A stretch of DNA of 64,000 nt, taken from NCBI RefSeq assembly GCF_000143415.4, contig NW_003314360.1:13328-77327 (forward strand), given 5' to 3'. The notes under the pieces were generated by a model. It ran no database searches, was not told the origin of the DNA, and saw only the letters and a list, made by a program, of their open reading frames with translations. Numbering within the stretch: the stretch's first letter is position 1; every line of letters begins with the position of its first letter. Source of the stretch: Selaginella moellendorffii (Eukaryota > Plantae > Lycopodiophyta). A program made the translations under genes and the position numbers. Of the stretch, positions 62,293 through 64,000 are shown piece by piece.

Positions 62293-64000
62293 ATGGCCTT
62301 CAGGGTTGGGGAAAAGGTTTACATTTTGAATGGTGGGAAGAGAGTTGCAAAAGGGACCCTTGTGTCTATGGATCGGAACTTTGTTATACACTGTGAAAGG
62401 CTTGGGGAAGGCAATGCTGCTGTATCAGTAGAGACTGTCTTCGATGGGAATGTGGTCGCTATTGAACGAGGAGAGATGGTCGTCGGGGTAAATGTTGTTG
62501 TTGCCTTGAAAAATCTTCAGAAGAAAGCAGATGTTGGGGACAGCGCAAGTGCGACGCATGTTCCCTCCGTGGATCTTAAGAACCGTGCTACATGGATTCA
62601 GGCAAAAGTGTTTCTAAACAACCCCGAGGGGGAGGTGGTAGCTGAGGGCTTAGCCACAGTTGTCGATCCAAGAGATGCGGTTGCTAATCAAGAATTGGGC
62701 TGGGATGATATTGGAGTTGCGATTTTAGAGGTTGTTGACACAGAAGAAAACAGTCTGACTATTGGAAGCATTGTGCGGTGGAAATTGAGGCACTTAGTGT
62801 TTGAGAATGTGAAGGATTCACAATCAAACACCACTACAACTGATGACAGAACATCTCTTCATGGGAAAAGAAAGTACACCTTCCTAAAGCGCAGCCAAAG
62901 GGATCTGAGCAACGAACCGAAAAGGCAGAAAATGGCGATGGAGGTTCGAATGGTCTCGACAGTTGCTTGTTGCAAGAGGAGGTGCTGTCAACATGCTGAT
63001 TGGGATGCTATTGAAGAGGAGAGAGCAAGATACAAGACATTGTCCTGGAAGGCAGCTCGCAATTTTGTGTATGAGGCATTACGGTCATCTGTTGATGCTT
63101 CAGAACATCAGGTGGGGGGCATGGTCTTCCAGAGGGGTTTGGTCTGCATGAAGGCATGGAGAATCATTTATGGAGTCCCTCGAAGCACATTCTACAGAAT
63201 CAAAACTGAGTTCGAGGAACAAAGGGTTCAACAGGCAGTCCATGGGAACGACGGTACGCACAAAACCAGGGGTCATGTTGTATATGGAGAGGCAATCTTC
63301 AAGAGGTTTGTCGAGACATGTAGCGAGCAGCAACCACATAAAACCCGCCTCTTGGAAGATGGAACACGAGACACCCAACGAGTTCTCCCTTCCATGTATA
63401 CCAAGGGGGCCATATTGGAAGATGTGAATCGGGAACTCCAGAGTAATGGCTACAGGAAGCTGAGCCAATCTAGATTTAGTAGATTGTGGAGCAACAGGTT
63501 CAGGGATGTGAGTATAGGAAAGTACTCCAGCTTTTCAAAGTGTGACGAGTGCACTGCTATCAAAATGGCTTTGTCGAAGAATTCTTGCAGCGCTCAAGAG
63601 CGAGAGACGTTGGTTAGAAGGCGGCTCGACCACAACATCGAGCAGAGAAGCTGCAGGACTGCATATTATCATAACAGGATTCTCTCCATGGAGAGACCTG
63701 ACTCTTACCTCTGCATCATCCACGACAAAATGGACCAGAAAAAGACGTGCTTACCTCGACTCAATCCTGCCCCCAAGGCAATCTCTTCATCCATGCAGCT
63801 GCCTGTGTCTCTGTTTGGCATAATCGCTCATGGGCATGGTGCCCAGAACTATGGGAACTTCTTTGTACCTCTATGGGGTGGCGGGGGTGCAAACATGATG
63901 ATTGCGTCCCTAGCAAAACACTTAAGGTCTCTGCAAAGTGCGCAGACTGAGCTGAACGGCCAACCCTTGCATAAGGCCCTTGTCGATCGAACCCCATACA
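62293..64000 (+). CDS. DUF7869/Sola-like DDD transposase of copy B, open to the window edge (absent from the ORF track because it has no stop)
   Basis: MAFRVGEKVYILNGGKRVAKGTLV... reads through CCKRRCC, LWSNRFRDVSIGKYSSFSKCDEC and LCIIHDKMDQKK without the lesions seen in copy A. Confidence 0.88.
   Translation, partial: MAFRVGEKVYILNGGKRVAKGTLVSMDRNFVIHCERLGEGNAAVSVETVFDGNVVAIERGEMVVGVNVVVALKNLQKKADVGDSASATHVPSVDLKNRATWIQAKVFLNNPEGEVVAEGLATVVDPRDAVANQELGWDDIGVAILEVVDTEENSLTIGSIVRWKLRHLVFENVKDSQSNTTTTDDRTSLHGKRKYTFLKRSQRDLSNEPKRQKMAMEVRMVSTVACCKRRCCQHADWDAIEEERARYKTLSWKAARNFVYEALRSSVDASEHQVGGMVFQRGLVCMKAWRIIYGVPRSTFYRIKTEFEEQRVQQAVHGNDGTHKTRGHVVYGEAIFKRFVETCSEQQPHKTRLLEDGTRDTQRVLPSMYTKGAILEDVNRELQSNGYRKLSQSRFSRLWSNRFRDVSIGKYSSFSKCDECTAIKMALSKNSCSAQERETLVRRRLDHNIEQRSCRTAYYHNRILSMERPDSYLCIIHDKMDQKKTCLPRLNPAPKAISSSMQLPVSLFGIIAHGHGAQNYGNFFVPLWGGGGANMMIASLAKHLRSLQSAQTELNGQPLHKALVDRTPY

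Larger units (their letters stand above)
53893..64000 (+). mobile_element. Large DDD DNA transposon, copy B (runs off window; predicted total ~13 kb)
   Basis: TIR at 53893-53916; cargo gene on minus strand; divergent transposase on plus strand; ~17 palindrome copies; homologous to copy A. Confidence 0.85.

Overview
Plant genomic DNA. The 40-60 nt GT-AG introns, TTTAGGG repeats and TE content suggest a compact non-seed-plant genome such as Selaginella (inference). About 85% is nested transposon sequence. The host gene island at 6.2-11.4 kb has three genes: a TIC32-like SDR, an intronless fungal-type BBE-like FAD oxidoreductase (with a degraded inverted duplicate at 50.4-51.6 kb) and an LRR pseudogene. 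Retroelements: a non-autonomous LTR element plus three solo LTRs of its family, a self-priming Tcn1/Tf1-type chromovirus, and Gypsy and Copia remnants. The most unusual feature is a DNA transposon of about 13 kb, present as two opposite-orientation partial copies (32291-41265 and 53893 to the window end). It has a 24-bp TIR, a ~1020-aa DDD (DUF7869/Sola-like) transposase, and a divergently transcribed gene of at least 10 exons that fuses an amino-methyltransferase-like domain to an FCP1/HAD phosphatase-like domain. It also carries about 25 dispersed copies per element of a 22-bp palindrome (ATGGCATGWGGCCWCATGCCAT) in introns, exons and spacers. A separate decayed gene at 11.6-14.4 kb encodes a ParB/Srx-like domain and a beta-class DNA amino-methyltransferase-like domain. 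All family calls come from motif recognition by eye, not from database searches.
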